Assembly: GCA_013166775.1 (NCBI GenBank)
Contig: JABLTJ010000001.1
Location: forward strand, 32,001-96,000
Origin: Promethearchaeati archaeon
GTDB lineage: Archaea > Asgardarchaeota > Heimdallarchaeia > Heimdallarchaeales > Heimdallarchaeaceae
Reading direction: 5' to 3'
Length of the DNA: 64,000 nucleotides
Shown here: positions 48,104 through 58,419 of the stretch, one piece after another
Layout of the letters: the number at the start of each line of letters is the position of its first letter
Numbering within the stretch: the stretch's first letter is position 1
Made by a program: the position numbers and the translations under genes
The notes under the pieces: generated by a model
The model's input: the letters and a program-made list of their open reading frames with translations, nothing else
Databases searched by the model: none
What the model was told of the DNA's origin: nothing

Positions 48104-48547
48104 ATGAGTCTTGATATTGATTTGACCAAAATTAACTACAGTTTTCTTCACAAACCTTTGCTTATTGGAGGGAAAGCGATGGAGTATTATGAACTCCGTA
48201 AAGCTGGTAACGATATAGATTTTGTTATCTCCACTGAAGATTATGAGGGATTAAAAAAGAAGTATCCTGATCCTGAATGCCATAGAGATTTGTTTGGTGA
48301 TTTAGGAGTAATGGTAGAAGAGTTTGAAATTTGGAAATGCATCTGTCTGTTTGATTATGAATTATTATCTGAAAACGCTATCGAAAAAGAAGAATATTTG
48401 ATTATCTCTTTAGAGAAACTACTTTTCTTAAAAGCTATAGCAATGAAAGAAGAGAAATATCACAAAGATTTGAGGTTGATAGTTCAGAGGATTTTGGACA
48501 ATCAGTATGATGATGCAAAATGGAAGGAGAAATATTTGAAAAAATAA
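48104..48547 (+). CDS. nucleotidyltransferase-fold hypothetical protein
   Basis: LIGGKAM..Y..R...DIDF motif. Confidence 0.6.
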   Translation: MSLDIDLTKINYSFLHKPLLIGGKAMEYYELRKAGNDIDFVISTEDYEGLKKKYPDPECHRDLFGDLGVMVEEFEIWKCICLFDYELLSENAIEKEEYLIISLEKLLFLKAIAMKEEKYHKDLRLIVQRILDNQYDDAKWKEKYLKK

Positions 48548-48602
48548 CTGTAGAATGCAATTTTTTCTTTCATTTTTGTATTACTGTAGTTTTTATCTTT
48601 AC

Positions 48603-49469
48603 TTATTCAATCGTATCCCAAAATTCCTTTGTTGGATGTTCAACAGATTCAATCAATTGAATGTCATGCCAGCAGAAATCACATACATCTTCTCCTTCCA
48701 TAATTGTTTTGTTTCTTGTTAAAATGAAATGTTTATTGACACTTCTAGCATGAGTATAATCATTATAGCAAGAAGTGAGAAAACCAATCTCTTTATCGAA
48801 AGAGGGGTCAAAATCTTCGAATACTTCGTAGATCATACAGCGAGTGAGCTTACAACCAACTTTTCCATCTTGAATCTTGAATAGAGAGAAGATATGAGTT
48901 TTTGGAAAATGTTCTTTATACAATTCAAGCATACCATCAACAGTTTCCATATATGGAGAATTTACTTGATGATGCTTTACTGATACTTCAAGAAATTCTT
49001 TGTATAACTCAATTGTTTCTTTTCTTGGTAAAATTTTTGTTAGAGAGAGTAAATAGATGTAATGAGGAATTTTTCTTCCTTTAAATCGATCAAAAGCTTT
49101 TATCTCAATTTCATCATCATCAGGATTGATGTTGTATTGCCTTAGATTAAAATATGTCTCAAGCATGATTCTCATGTTTCTTAGAAGATTAGGATAAGAG
49201 TGAAGTAAATCCAATTCAACATTTCTTTCATAATTATCGTAGATGTTGCTGTAACCTTGTTCTTTCCGTAGTTGGTTATCAAAATCATTCTTAATCTGGT
49301 CAACATATAACTGAAGAATCTCTTTTCGATTTTCTGATATGAAAACTAATAATGAATCTAATTGTTGGATTGAGGGATTCAATAGATTCTTTATATTTTC
49401 CAAACTAACGAAATTATTGTCATATTGATTGATTCTATCTACTTCCATTCTCTCAATCACTTGTATCAA
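48603..49469 (-). CDS. ATC-hydrolase-like (L-2-amino-thiazoline-4-carboxylate hydrolase family) protein
   Basis: TRC, CYND, LTRNKTIMEG..CDFCW. Confidence 0.75.
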   Translation of the reverse strand: MIQVIERMEVDRINQYDNNFVSLENIKNLLNPSIQQLDSLLVFISENRKEILQLYVDQIKNDFDNQLRKEQGYSNIYDNYERNVELDLLHSYPNLLRNMRIMLETYFNLRQYNINPDDDEIEIKAFDRFKGRKIPHYIYLLSLTKILPRKETIELYKEFLEVSVKHHQVNSPYMETVDGMLELYKEHFPKTHIFSLFKIQDGKVGCKLTRCMIYEVFEDFDPSFDKEIGFLTSCYNDYTHARSVNKHFILTRNKTIMEGEDVCDFCWHDIQLIESVEHPTKEFWDTIE

Positions 49470-49559
49470 AACGCCTTATGCACTCTTATTAACTTATTGC
49501 CTAACAAATCAAACAAACAAAAAAGCATTTTAGCTAGATTTGAGATGTTGTGATATTAC

Positions 49560-49958
49560 TCAGTTTGAACTCTTCTTAATATTATCTTGTAATTCTAGTA
49601 GTTTTTCGTATTGCCAAACTCGCTCCTTTGTATTAACTTTAGCCGCATAATTTGCAGCGTGAATCGCATGACTAGGAACATGGGAAATAGAAGCAGTGTG
49701 TCCTGCAGCCAGAGCAATTGCATAAGCAACTTCATCATCAGTCTCACGAGTAGCAATATGAGATTCAAATGCAGCAGACCGTGCGACACCTACCTTTATT
49801 TCTCCTTTCACCCCTGCACGAGCTGCTTCTACAGCTTTTCTCAGTCGGTTATCATTTGGGTGCTTCTCCTTAAAATACGATAACACGTACCCAACACAAT
49901 CACTAGCCCAAATTGCTAATACTTTTTGATCCATTTTGTTTGCAAGCTCTGAAATCAT
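49560..49958 (-). CDS. Imm5-like putative immunity protein (possibly frameshifted 5' end)
   Basis: LAIWASDC, RKAVEAAR, AAGH...HV..HA..AANY, ERVWQ. Confidence 0.7.
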   Translation of the reverse strand: MISELANKMDQKVLAIWASDCVGYVLSYFKEKHPNDNRLRKAVEAARAGVKGEIKVGVARSAAFESHIATRETDDEVAYAIALAAGHTASISHVPSHAIHAANYAAKVNTKERVWQYEKLLELQDNIKKSSN

Positions 49959-50121
49959 CTTTTAATGTCACTATCTCTTTTGTTATTGAAACTAATTTCT
50001 TTCATTTCAATCATCTTAATCATTATCTATACCGATAGATAAATGTTGCACCAAATCCAATTAGATCTAATCAAGCAAATCTTTTATACAAGCAAACTTG
50101 GCTTTTCATTCGTGATTTTCA

Positions 50122-50877
50122 ATGTATGGACTCACTTTCAAACCTAGAATTAACGAGATTAACATCAAAGGGAAGTTACAATTCCCAGCTATAATCAATT
50201 ATTTCCAGCATATTGCTTACAAACATGCACATGATCTTGGGGTGGGTCATGAACAGCTTTTCCCTAAAGGTCTTACATGGTTACTCCTAAGATATACAGT
50301 GGAGGTTGTTCGCTATGCAAGATTGGAGGAGAAAATCAAAGTAGTAACTTGGGTAGCAGAATCGGAAAATCCAAGATATACTCTTAGAGAATTTGAACTC
50401 TATGATGAGGAGAATAAAGTACTTTGCAAAGCAACAACAAGTTGGTTGCTCTTTAATTTCAGAAAGAGAAAGTCAGTGGATTTCAAAGAGTACTGGCCTG
50501 AGTTTAAAGCTGAGAATAAAAGAGCTGTAGAAGATGCTTTTCCTAAACTCCGCCTACCACAGAAAGCTGATATAAAGAAAATTATGAATGTAAGGATGCA
50601 CGATTTGGATATAAATCAACATCTAAACCATAGAGTAAACATTGAATGGTTAATTGAAGGAATGCCAGAAAAAATCTTGAAGGATTATGAATTGACTAAA
50701 TTAGAAATCAGCTATAAAGAACAAGCTTTTTTTGAGGAAGAAATAATCGTTGAGACTGAGATTGTAAAGAAACAAGAAAAAGACCAGCTTGAAGCAGTTC
50801 ATCGTTTAATTAAAGGGAAAAAAGAAAAACTTGTTTCTAAAGCAATAACCCACTGGCAGTCATATCATAATAGCTAA
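50122..50877 (+). CDS. acyl-ACP thioesterase family (double hot-dog)
   Basis: TWLL, VVTW, REF, TTSWLL, DLDINQHLN. Confidence 0.85.
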   Translation: MYGLTFKPRINEINIKGKLQFPAIINYFQHIAYKHAHDLGVGHEQLFPKGLTWLLLRYTVEVVRYARLEEKIKVVTWVAESENPRYTLREFELYDEENKVLCKATTSWLLFNFRKRKSVDFKEYWPEFKAENKRAVEDAFPKLRLPQKADIKKIMNVRMHDLDINQHLNHRVNIEWLIEGMPEKILKDYELTKLEISYKEQAFFEEEIIVETEIVKKQEKDQLEAVHRLIKGKKEKLVSKAITHWQSYHNS

Positions 50878-50913
50878 TTGTAAAATTGCTCTAAGGAATA
50901 AGGAAAGGATTTT

Positions 50914-53100
50914 ATGGCAAAGTCAGATGACGAGAAAATATATGGTTATGCAACCATTAATCCTCAACATGAAGTTATTGCAGGAAGTTATGGCACTTGG
51001 TCTCTAACTTTAACTGTTGGAAAACACGGGATAGACGATGGTGGTCACATTAAGATTGCTTGGCGAGATGTAACTAATTGGCAAAGACCACAATTTTCTG
51101 AGAAAGAACAACCTAATTACACAACAATTACTACTTCTGGAAAAGCTGAGTTCAGCCTAAAGTTTGAAGATTTGGGCTATATTCGTCCATGGAGACCTTG
51201 CTTAACTATAACTGTGTATGATGGGAACTTAAGGGAAGGAGATACAGTTACAATTACATATGGTGATACTAGTAAGGGTGGTCCTGGGGCTATGGCTCAG
51301 ACTTTTGTGGAAGATAGCTTTGAATTCCGAGTTTTTGTTGATCCTTTTGGAACAGGACTTTATACATTGATTCAAGATTCACCAGTTCTGGAAATTGTAG
51401 CAGGTGAACCAGAAGAACTAAAAGTTGTAGTTCCTTCAGAAGTCGTTGAAGGTAATTCTTCTTGGCTTTCAGTAAGAATGGAAGATAGGTGGGGAAACCA
51501 TACATCAAAATTCACAGGAACTATTAAACTTGCATCTGATAATCCTAATGTTATACTTCCAAATCCATACACATTCGAATCAACAGATAGAGGAACTCAC
51601 CGATTTGAAGATTTAGTCTTTCAAAAACCTGGAATTTATTTCATTACTGTTTCTGATACAGAGAAAAACGAATTTTCTTGTAAAAGCAATCCAATTGTAG
51701 TTTATGAAAAGAGATTAAATAAAATGCTCTTTTGGGGAGATTTACATGGACAAACTGAAGAAACTGTTGGTACTGGAACTGTTGAACAGTATTTTTATTA
51801 TGCAAAAAATGTTGCAGCACTTGATTTTGTATCTCATGTAGGTAATGATTTTCAAATCACTAAAGAACACTACAAGGACACTCAAAGAGTTGTTAAAAAA
51901 TATCATGAGCCAAGGAAGTTCATTACTTTTCTAGGTTATGAATGGTCAGGAAACACCCCAGCAGGTGGAGACAATAATGTCTACTTCCTTAATGATGATC
52001 ATCTTACCATTCACCGTAGTAGTCATGCTCTCATTGAAGATAAATCTGATGAAGAAACAGATTGTTATCCGATTTCTGAGTTATTAAAGACTTATCGTGG
52101 AAGAAAGGATGTCATGGTAATTCCGCACATTGGTGGGCGTCATGCAATTTTGGATGATCATGATCCTGGTTTAACTCCTTTCATAGAAATATGCTCAGTT
52201 CATGGACATTTTGAGTGGTTTGCTCAAGAAGCCATTGTGAAAAAAGGTTTGAAAGTTGGCTTTGTAGGAGGAAGTGATGATCATACAGGAAAACCTGGAG
52301 GAGCGCTACCTGTTTCATTAATGGAAGCAGTAAAAGGAGGATTGATGGGTGTTTTCGCGAAAGAATTAACTCGTGAATCTCTGTGGGAAGCTTTCCAAAA
52401 AAGACATGTATATGCTACAACCGGAGAGAGGATTATCCTACGTGTAACATGCGGTAGTGCGATTATGGGAGACGAAATTACTCTTAATCAACCACAACCA
52501 TTAGATGTGGAAGTTATAGGAACTTGTGGTTTGGATAAAGTAGATCTTATTCGGGGAGCAGAGACGATATATTCTCACCAATTAACTCAATTTGATTCAA
52601 ACTCCGAAATACTCAAAATAGTTTGGTGTGGTGCTAGAGTTTCAACAAGAAGAAGAAATTCGGATTGGAGTGGGGAAATCAACATAGATAAAGGAAGAAT
52701 CAAATCTGCAGAAGAATTCGCATTTGACCTTCCATGGCATAGAATCACTGAGAAGACTGAACAAAAAATTCGCTGGATCTCAACAACCTCAGGAGACTTC
52801 GATGGAATTATCCTAAAGTTGGATGCACCAGAAGACTCTCAAATATTTTTTGACACTAACCTGGTTAGGTTATCTTTCCAACTCAACCAGTTAACAAAGC
52901 CCATGGTTGCTGATGCTGGAAAATTTGAACAGAAAGTAGAGGTATCACGGATTTCAGGAAAAGCAACACCAACGAGTGTGAAGTTTGAGTTTACGGATCA
53001 AAATATGAAATTAGGTGTAAATGCTTATTATGTTAGAGTTGTTCAAAGTAATGGAGAAAAAGCTTGGTCAAGCCCTATATTCATAAATTATGAAGAATAA
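50914..53100 (+). CDS. DUF3604 PHP-like metallohydrolase
   Basis: WGDLHGQT, GYEWS, EICSVHG, GGSDDH.G.PG, YATTG, AWSSP. Confidence 0.85.
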   Translation: MAKSDDEKIYGYATINPQHEVIAGSYGTWSLTLTVGKHGIDDGGHIKIAWRDVTNWQRPQFSEKEQPNYTTITTSGKAEFSLKFEDLGYIRPWRPCLTITVYDGNLREGDTVTITYGDTSKGGPGAMAQTFVEDSFEFRVFVDPFGTGLYTLIQDSPVLEIVAGEPEELKVVVPSEVVEGNSSWLSVRMEDRWGNHTSKFTGTIKLASDNPNVILPNPYTFESTDRGTHRFEDLVFQKPGIYFITVSDTEKNEFSCKSNPIVVYEKRLNKMLFWGDLHGQTEETVGTGTVEQYFYYAKNVAALDFVSHVGNDFQITKEHYKDTQRVVKKYHEPRKFITFLGYEWSGNTPAGGDNNVYFLNDDHLTIHRSSHALIEDKSDEETDCYPISELLKTYRGRKDVMVIPHIGGRHAILDDHDPGLTPFIEICSVHGHFEWFAQEAIVKKGLKVGFVGGSDDHTGKPGGALPVSLMEAVKGGLMGVFAKELTRESLWEAFQKRHVYATTGERIILRVTCGSAIMGDEITLNQPQPLDVEVIGTCGLDKVDLIRGAETIYSHQLTQFDSNSEILKIVWCGARVSTRRRNSDWSGEINIDKGRIKSAEEFAFDLPWHRITEKTEQKIRWISTTSGDFDGIILKLDAPEDSQIFFDTNLVRLSFQLNQLTKPMVADAGKFEQKVEVSRISGKATPTSVKFEFTDQNMKLGVNAYYVRVVQSNGEKAWSSPIFINYEE

Positions 53101-53125
53101 AGAATAGTAAGAAAGTTAGAGAGAG

Positions 53126-53335
53126 ATGAGTGAAGAAAAGAAGAATAATGTTGTAGGTTTAGGTTCCTGTACTATGGACATAATTTTTCCTGTTGATGAT
53201 GTTATGAGGATGGAACTTAGTGTTTTCAATGATGATACTACAGCTATCTCTGTTATATTATTAACTCCATGGGAAAAAGACAGTTCAATTTTTGCATACA
53301 AAGCTTTTTCTAATGTAAATTATAAGCAATTTTAG
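53126..53335 (+). pseudogene. internally deleted, truncated paralog of the PfkB kinase at 54328
   Basis: Two segments near-identical in protein to PfkB residues ~1-31 and ~107-134, joined in frame. Confidence 0.85.
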
Positions 53336-53345
53336 GTGTAAAATT

Positions 53346-54182
53346 TTGTCTATTGAAAAAGTCAAAGAGAATGTTTACGCTATTACAGATGGAAGTACAC
53401 GTGGTAATGTGACAGCTTATGTCTTACCTACTCAGATAGTTTTCGTTGATTCTGGTATGAATATTCCATTAATTAAAGAATTCAGAAAGCATGTTGAACA
53501 AGAAACAGGGAAGAAAGCTTCTATTCTATTTATTACTCACGAACATGGCGATCATGTTTTTGGCAACCAAGCTTTTGAAGACTGTGAAATAATAACTTCT
53601 GAGTTTACACATAAAGAAATGCTTGTATCCAAAGAGAAAAACTGGTCTCCTGAAGCTATAGAAGAGTGGAAGAAGAATGCAGACGACCCTTCAACTTTGG
53701 ATGGCTTAAAGATTGCTCTCGCTACTAAAACCTTTGCAGATGAATATGAGCTTGTAGATGGTGATGTGAAGGTAATTGCAAAGAGAACAGGGGGGCATAC
53801 AGAGGGTTCAAGTTATATCTATTGTCCTAATTACAATGTATTGTTTGCTGGAGATAACTTGTTTAATAGACAATTTCCTTGGGGAGGACCACCTTCAGCC
53901 AATCCAATTAAATGGATTGAAGCATTGAAAGAATATCTTTCTCTTGATATCGAACACTACATTCCAGGTCATGGCCAGATATCTGATAAGGAACCAATAG
54001 ATGAATTCTTGGTTTATCTTGAAAATGTTACATCACTGATAAAAGAACAAATTGCCACTGGAAAGAGTGAAGAAGAGATATTAGAACAAGCAGAAAAAAT
54101 CGAATATTATCCTCCCCGTGAAGGAAGAGAACAATGGAAGAATGCTACTCTAAAGAAATGGTATGATGTTCTATCTACCTAA
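53346..54182 (+). CDS. metallo-beta-lactamase-fold hydrolase
   Basis: THEHGDH, GHT, GD, PGHG motifs. Confidence 0.9.
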   Translation: MSIEKVKENVYAITDGSTRGNVTAYVLPTQIVFVDSGMNIPLIKEFRKHVEQETGKKASILFITHEHGDHVFGNQAFEDCEIITSEFTHKEMLVSKEKNWSPEAIEEWKKNADDPSTLDGLKIALATKTFADEYELVDGDVKVIAKRTGGHTEGSSYIYCPNYNVLFAGDNLFNRQFPWGGPPSANPIKWIEALKEYLSLDIEHYIPGHGQISDKEPIDEFLVYLENVTSLIKEQIATGKSEEEILEQAEKIEYYPPREGREQWKNATLKKWYDVLST

Positions 54183-54327
54183 ATTTTTTACTTTCAAAAT
54201 TGACTATAACAATTTAGTTATTACTTATTTCTTAATTACCGCTATTTGAGGAATGACAAACCTAGAATATTTTATAAAATCAATGCTAATTGGTAGATTA
54301 TTAATTAAAATGATGGTATGAATAGAA

Positions 54328-55347
54328 ATGAGCAAAGAAACGAAATATGATGTTGTTGGTTTGGGTTCCTGCACTATGGACATGATTTTTTCTGTTGATG
54401 ATGTAATGAGAATGGAGCTTATCGGGAAAAATCACTCGAAAAAAAAATACATGGCAATAGAGCATTCCTCAAAACTGAATGTGAAGAGTGTGAAATTTCA
54501 TCCTGGAGGTTCCGCAGCTAATGCAACTTGTAATCTCTCTCATATTGGATTAAAAACAGCGTTCATTGGGGGAATTGGGAATGATATGAATGGAAAAGCT
54601 TGCTTGGATGATATGAAAAATCACGGTGTTGATGTTTCGGGAGTAAGTGTGTTTGATAATGATACAACTGCAATTTCTGTTATACTCTTAACCCCTTGGG
54701 GAAAAGATAGTTCAATTCTAGCATATAAGGGTGCAAATAATTTATTTTCCGAAAAACATATACCAGAAGATAAACTTCTTTCAACAAGATGTTTTGTGTG
54801 GACATCCTTAACTTCAGATAAAGGATTAAATGCTATCAAAAAATGCATTGCATTAACAAAATCAGTAAACAGACTGATAGCAGGCGCTCCATCAATTTCA
54901 ATCATCAAGAACAGATTAGAAGAAGCACAATCTCTTCTAAAGGAATGTGATATAACAAGTTTAAATGAGGAAGAATTAATTGCTCTTACAAATGAGCAAG
55001 ATGTAATTAAAGGGATGAAGAAATTATTCGATTGGGGGCTTAAGATTGTTAATGTTACGTTTGGAAAAGAAGGTCAGTGGCTAAGTGATGGAAAGATTAT
55101 TATCAAAACAAAACCACCAAAGATTTTTGTTGAAGATACTACAGGTGCAGGTGATGCTACCATGAGTGGGATAATCTATGGACTTCTTGAAAATAAAACA
55201 TTACAAGAGACAGCTCAAATAGCTTCAGCTTTAAGTGCTATGGAAATTGAAGCACCTGGAGTAAGAGTTGGAACACCGCTGGAATATTCAGAACTTGAAG
55301 AGTTTATGAAGAAAAATGAGGTATCTCAAGAAGTCAGCGATTTCTGA
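54328..55347 (+). CDS. PfkB-family carbohydrate/nucleoside kinase
   Basis: GGSAAN, NEEE, DTTGAGDA. Confidence 0.92.
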   Translation: MSKETKYDVVGLGSCTMDMIFSVDDVMRMELIGKNHSKKKYMAIEHSSKLNVKSVKFHPGGSAANATCNLSHIGLKTAFIGGIGNDMNGKACLDDMKNHGVDVSGVSVFDNDTTAISVILLTPWGKDSSILAYKGANNLFSEKHIPEDKLLSTRCFVWTSLTSDKGLNAIKKCIALTKSVNRLIAGAPSISIIKNRLEEAQSLLKECDITSLNEEELIALTNEQDVIKGMKKLFDWGLKIVNVTFGKEGQWLSDGKIIIKTKPPKIFVEDTTGAGDATMSGIIYGLLENKTLQETAQIASALSAMEIEAPGVRVGTPLEYSELEEFMKKNEVSQEVSDF

Positions 55348-55425
55348 ATAATCTTATCTATTTTATCCCCTTTTTCAAAAATCTACATAAAATTTAAAGA
55401 AATATAGACTCTTCTATAATTACGG

Positions 55426-56124
55426 ATGCCTTCTATATCAGAAATGGAGAACAACATGCTGAAAAATTGCATTGTGAGGGAGGATTCCAACTGTATTGAA
55501 TGTGAGCTTAATGGTGAATTAATTTGCTTTGTAGATAAGAAATTCGCAAATAAGTTTTCAATTGGAAATATCGCCTATAGACTTTTAGCTTTTGGAATAT
55601 TCATCTTCTCTGGATTACTCATTGGACATTGGTGGATGTTAATATCCTATGCAAGTACAGTGTTGATTACTTTTGTAATAATCGAACCTCGATTATTATG
55701 TAGTCATTGCCCTTTCTATGAAAAAGAAGGAAAGTGTCTAAAATGCTGGGCTTTGAGAGGGATGCCAAAATTATGGAAATACAGTCCTGAGCCAATAAAT
55801 AAGATAGAAAAAACACTTATGCTCATATTAGGGAGTTTCATTGATTTATTACCCTTTCTTGGATCGATATGGGGGATCTTCTTCTTCTTTATGAATATCG
55901 AAGGGAATCTTGTATCAGGGATAGGAATAATAATTAGTACAGTGCTGTTCTTGATTGTCGTTGGTTATTTTTCTAAAGTTCTGCTTGGATATGCTTGTAA
56001 AAAATGTGCAAATTTTTCCTGTGCAATGAATAAAGTTCCAAAAGAAACCATCAATAAATTTCTCGAGAAAAATCCTGAGATGAAAAAAGCTTGGGTAAAT
56101 AGTGGTTGGAAAATAGAAGAATAA
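55426..56124 (+). CDS. Cys-rich membrane protein, about 4 TM helices
   Basis: CIEC, CSHCPFY..CLKC, CKKCANFSC between hydrophobic segments. Confidence 0.7.
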   Translation: MPSISEMENNMLKNCIVREDSNCIECELNGELICFVDKKFANKFSIGNIAYRLLAFGIFIFSGLLIGHWWMLISYASTVLITFVIIEPRLLCSHCPFYEKEGKCLKCWALRGMPKLWKYSPEPINKIEKTLMLILGSFIDLLPFLGSIWGIFFFFMNIEGNLVSGIGIIISTVLFLIVVGYFSKVLLGYACKKCANFSCAMNKVPKETINKFLEKNPEMKKAWVNSGWKIEE

Positions 56125-56187
56125 CTATTTCAGTTTCAACTTTGTCCCCAAATTCTTTTTTAAGCAGTTAATGACTTCATAATTAGA

Positions 56188-56997
56188 ATGACTAAAACAT
56201 TAGAAGAAATTATTAATTCTTTAAGAAATCTAACTGATAAAGAAGTGTATCGATCATCAGATTTTGGAATTGAGTTTGGAACATATGCTCCAAGAGTCTT
56301 AAGCGCAATAAATGTCAAGAGCATAGTAGTGTCTCCTTTTGTAAATCTTAAGTTGATACATTTTATGAATGAAAACAAAGCAAATCTAGTATTGACAGTT
56401 TTACCTCTTCCATTTACTACCAAGAATTTTCCTCTCTCTGAAAGCAATTTTGAGATCTTACGGTCACTAGTTACGAATAATATAAAGACAATGAAACTCC
56501 CAGAAGAATGGATATGTGCAAAAAATGGGAGTTTCAAATACTTTGCTCAAACACTTGGAATAAGTAAAATCGAACCTTTTAATCTGACATTGAATTCAGA
56601 GAAAACAATACCATACTGGAGTCTTCCTAATCTTTCATACGAAGATTTTCTTTCATCTTTAAGTCATTCAAATAAAAAATGGTTGACATATCCCTATGCT
56701 CCTAGTGATTCAAAACTATCCATTGTACTTGAGAAGCAAAGTTTTTCTCAGGATGATTTTGAACAATTTAAGAAAAACAGTATTTCAACCATTTTGAGTT
56801 TCAATTTGGATACAAGAAGAGTACATGAATATCAAAAACATAAGATTAACTACATCTTTATCCCTTTCCTGGATTATTGCAACATTTCATTAAGGAAATT
56901 TTCACAAATTTTACAATTGGAAACAAATGAAAAGGTTCTGTTTTATTCACACAAAACAATAAATTGGAAATCTTATGAAGAGCTAAAACTTAATTAG
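56188..56997 (+). CDS. degenerate NIF3-like protein
   Basis: N-terminus DFGIEFG..VKSIVVS..ANLVLT..P parallels NIF3 but lacks the His pair. Confidence 0.45.
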   Translation: MTKTLEEIINSLRNLTDKEVYRSSDFGIEFGTYAPRVLSAINVKSIVVSPFVNLKLIHFMNENKANLVLTVLPLPFTTKNFPLSESNFEILRSLVTNNIKTMKLPEEWICAKNGSFKYFAQTLGISKIEPFNLTLNSEKTIPYWSLPNLSYEDFLSSLSHSNKKWLTYPYAPSDSKLSIVLEKQSFSQDDFEQFKKNSISTILSFNLDTRRVHEYQKHKINYIFIPFLDYCNISLRKFSQILQLETNEKVLFYSHKTINWKSYEELKLN

Positions 56998-57045
56998 CTT
57001 AAGTTTTTTTCTTAAATAGAAGATACTCAATGAAGGGGGAGTATA

Positions 57046-58371
57046 ATGAAATCTCTGATTCCACTAACAATAACAATCTTATCTCAAATAGAGAAAGGGA
57101 AATCTATCCGTGTTGAACTTAGAAAGACCATTTCTGAATATAAATTGAACAGAGAAGAAGAATCAACTCTATATTCGTTGGTTTTTGAGATTTTCAGGAA
57201 ACTGAATGTTATTGATCTTTACATAAAGAAGAGTAGTTCCTCTTTTTCAATCAAGAAAATATCAAGTAAGACCCGAGCTCTTCTTAGAATTGCAACATAC
57301 CTATTGAAAGTTGATAATAGGCAATTTGAATATGTAAAAGAAAACCTAGAATCTTATTATGAAAATATTCAGGAACTAGGATTTGATGAGATTCTGAAAT
57401 TGATACAGGATATAAGAGAGGAAGAACTTTATGCGAATAGAGTAGATTTAGCTTCCAAATTATCAATTGAGTTTTTTACTCCTACTTGGATTGTTAGAAA
57501 ATTCATAAATCAGTGGGATGAGGATTTTGCAACCGAACTAGTATCTACATTTATTCAGAATCTCCCAGCATATGTTAGAGTAAATCCTTTCAAATCTAAC
57601 CTTGAAGAAATTTCCACAAATTTTAGGAGCAAAAAAATAACTTTCGAAACTGTTAAAGCGATTGATGGGCTTCTTAAGATAACAGAGAGTGAATTACCCA
57701 TCCCTCAATATGATGTGTTTAAAGAAGGAAAAATAGTTATTCAACAAAAAGCTTCCGCATTAACATCACTTGTTTTAAATCCTCAAGAAGGAGAAAAAAT
57801 ACTCGATATGTGTGCTTCTCCTGGAGGAAAAACTTCTCATCTAGCAGCTTTATTGGGGGATGGAAGTAATATTGAGGCTGTGGATATTAATGAAGAAAGA
57901 ATGAAGATTTTGAAAGAAAGACTAAAGCTACTTGGTATAACTTCAGTGAAAACCACGCAAGCAGATGCAAGAACACTCCATAATCAAACAAGAGAAGAAT
58001 ATGATAAAATCCTTCTTGATCCTCCCTGTTCAGGATCAGGTACTTATTCTTCTAGACCTGAGATAAAATGGAGAGTAAAGCAAAGAGACTTGAGGTGGTA
58101 TATTAATCTACAGCAAGATTTACTCAAAGAAGCTTCAAAACTTGTTAAAAAAGAAGGAACTATTGTTTACTCAACTTGTTCTTTATACAGGGAAGAAAAT
58201 CATGAAATAATATCTTCCTTTTTAGAAAGAAACAGTAATTTTTCTTTAGCAGAGGCAACTCCAATGCTAGGTTTACCATCTCAACTACTGCAAAACAAAG
58301 CACAAGAACTATATCCACATATTCATGAGACAGAAGGCTTCTTCATTGCAAAGGTTAAAAGAAACAGTTGA
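57046..58371 (+). CDS. RsmB/NOL1/Nop2 RNA m5C methyltransferase
   Basis: DMCASPGGKT, LDPPCSGSG, YSTCS, EN, GFFIA; NusB-like N-terminus. Confidence 0.93.
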   Translation: MKSLIPLTITILSQIEKGKSIRVELRKTISEYKLNREEESTLYSLVFEIFRKLNVIDLYIKKSSSSFSIKKISSKTRALLRIATYLLKVDNRQFEYVKENLESYYENIQELGFDEILKLIQDIREEELYANRVDLASKLSIEFFTPTWIVRKFINQWDEDFATELVSTFIQNLPAYVRVNPFKSNLEEISTNFRSKKITFETVKAIDGLLKITESELPIPQYDVFKEGKIVIQQKASALTSLVLNPQEGEKILDMCASPGGKTSHLAALLGDGSNIEAVDINEERMKILKERLKLLGITSVKTTQADARTLHNQTREEYDKILLDPPCSGSGTYSSRPEIKWRVKQRDLRWYINLQQDLLKEASKLVKKEGTIVYSTCSLYREENHEIISSFLERNSNFSLAEATPMLGLPSQLLQNKAQELYPHIHETEGFFIAKVKRNS

Positions 58372-58419
58372 AAACTAATCTTCCAACTGATTGATAAATA
58401 GTTTTAGATATTGATTTTC

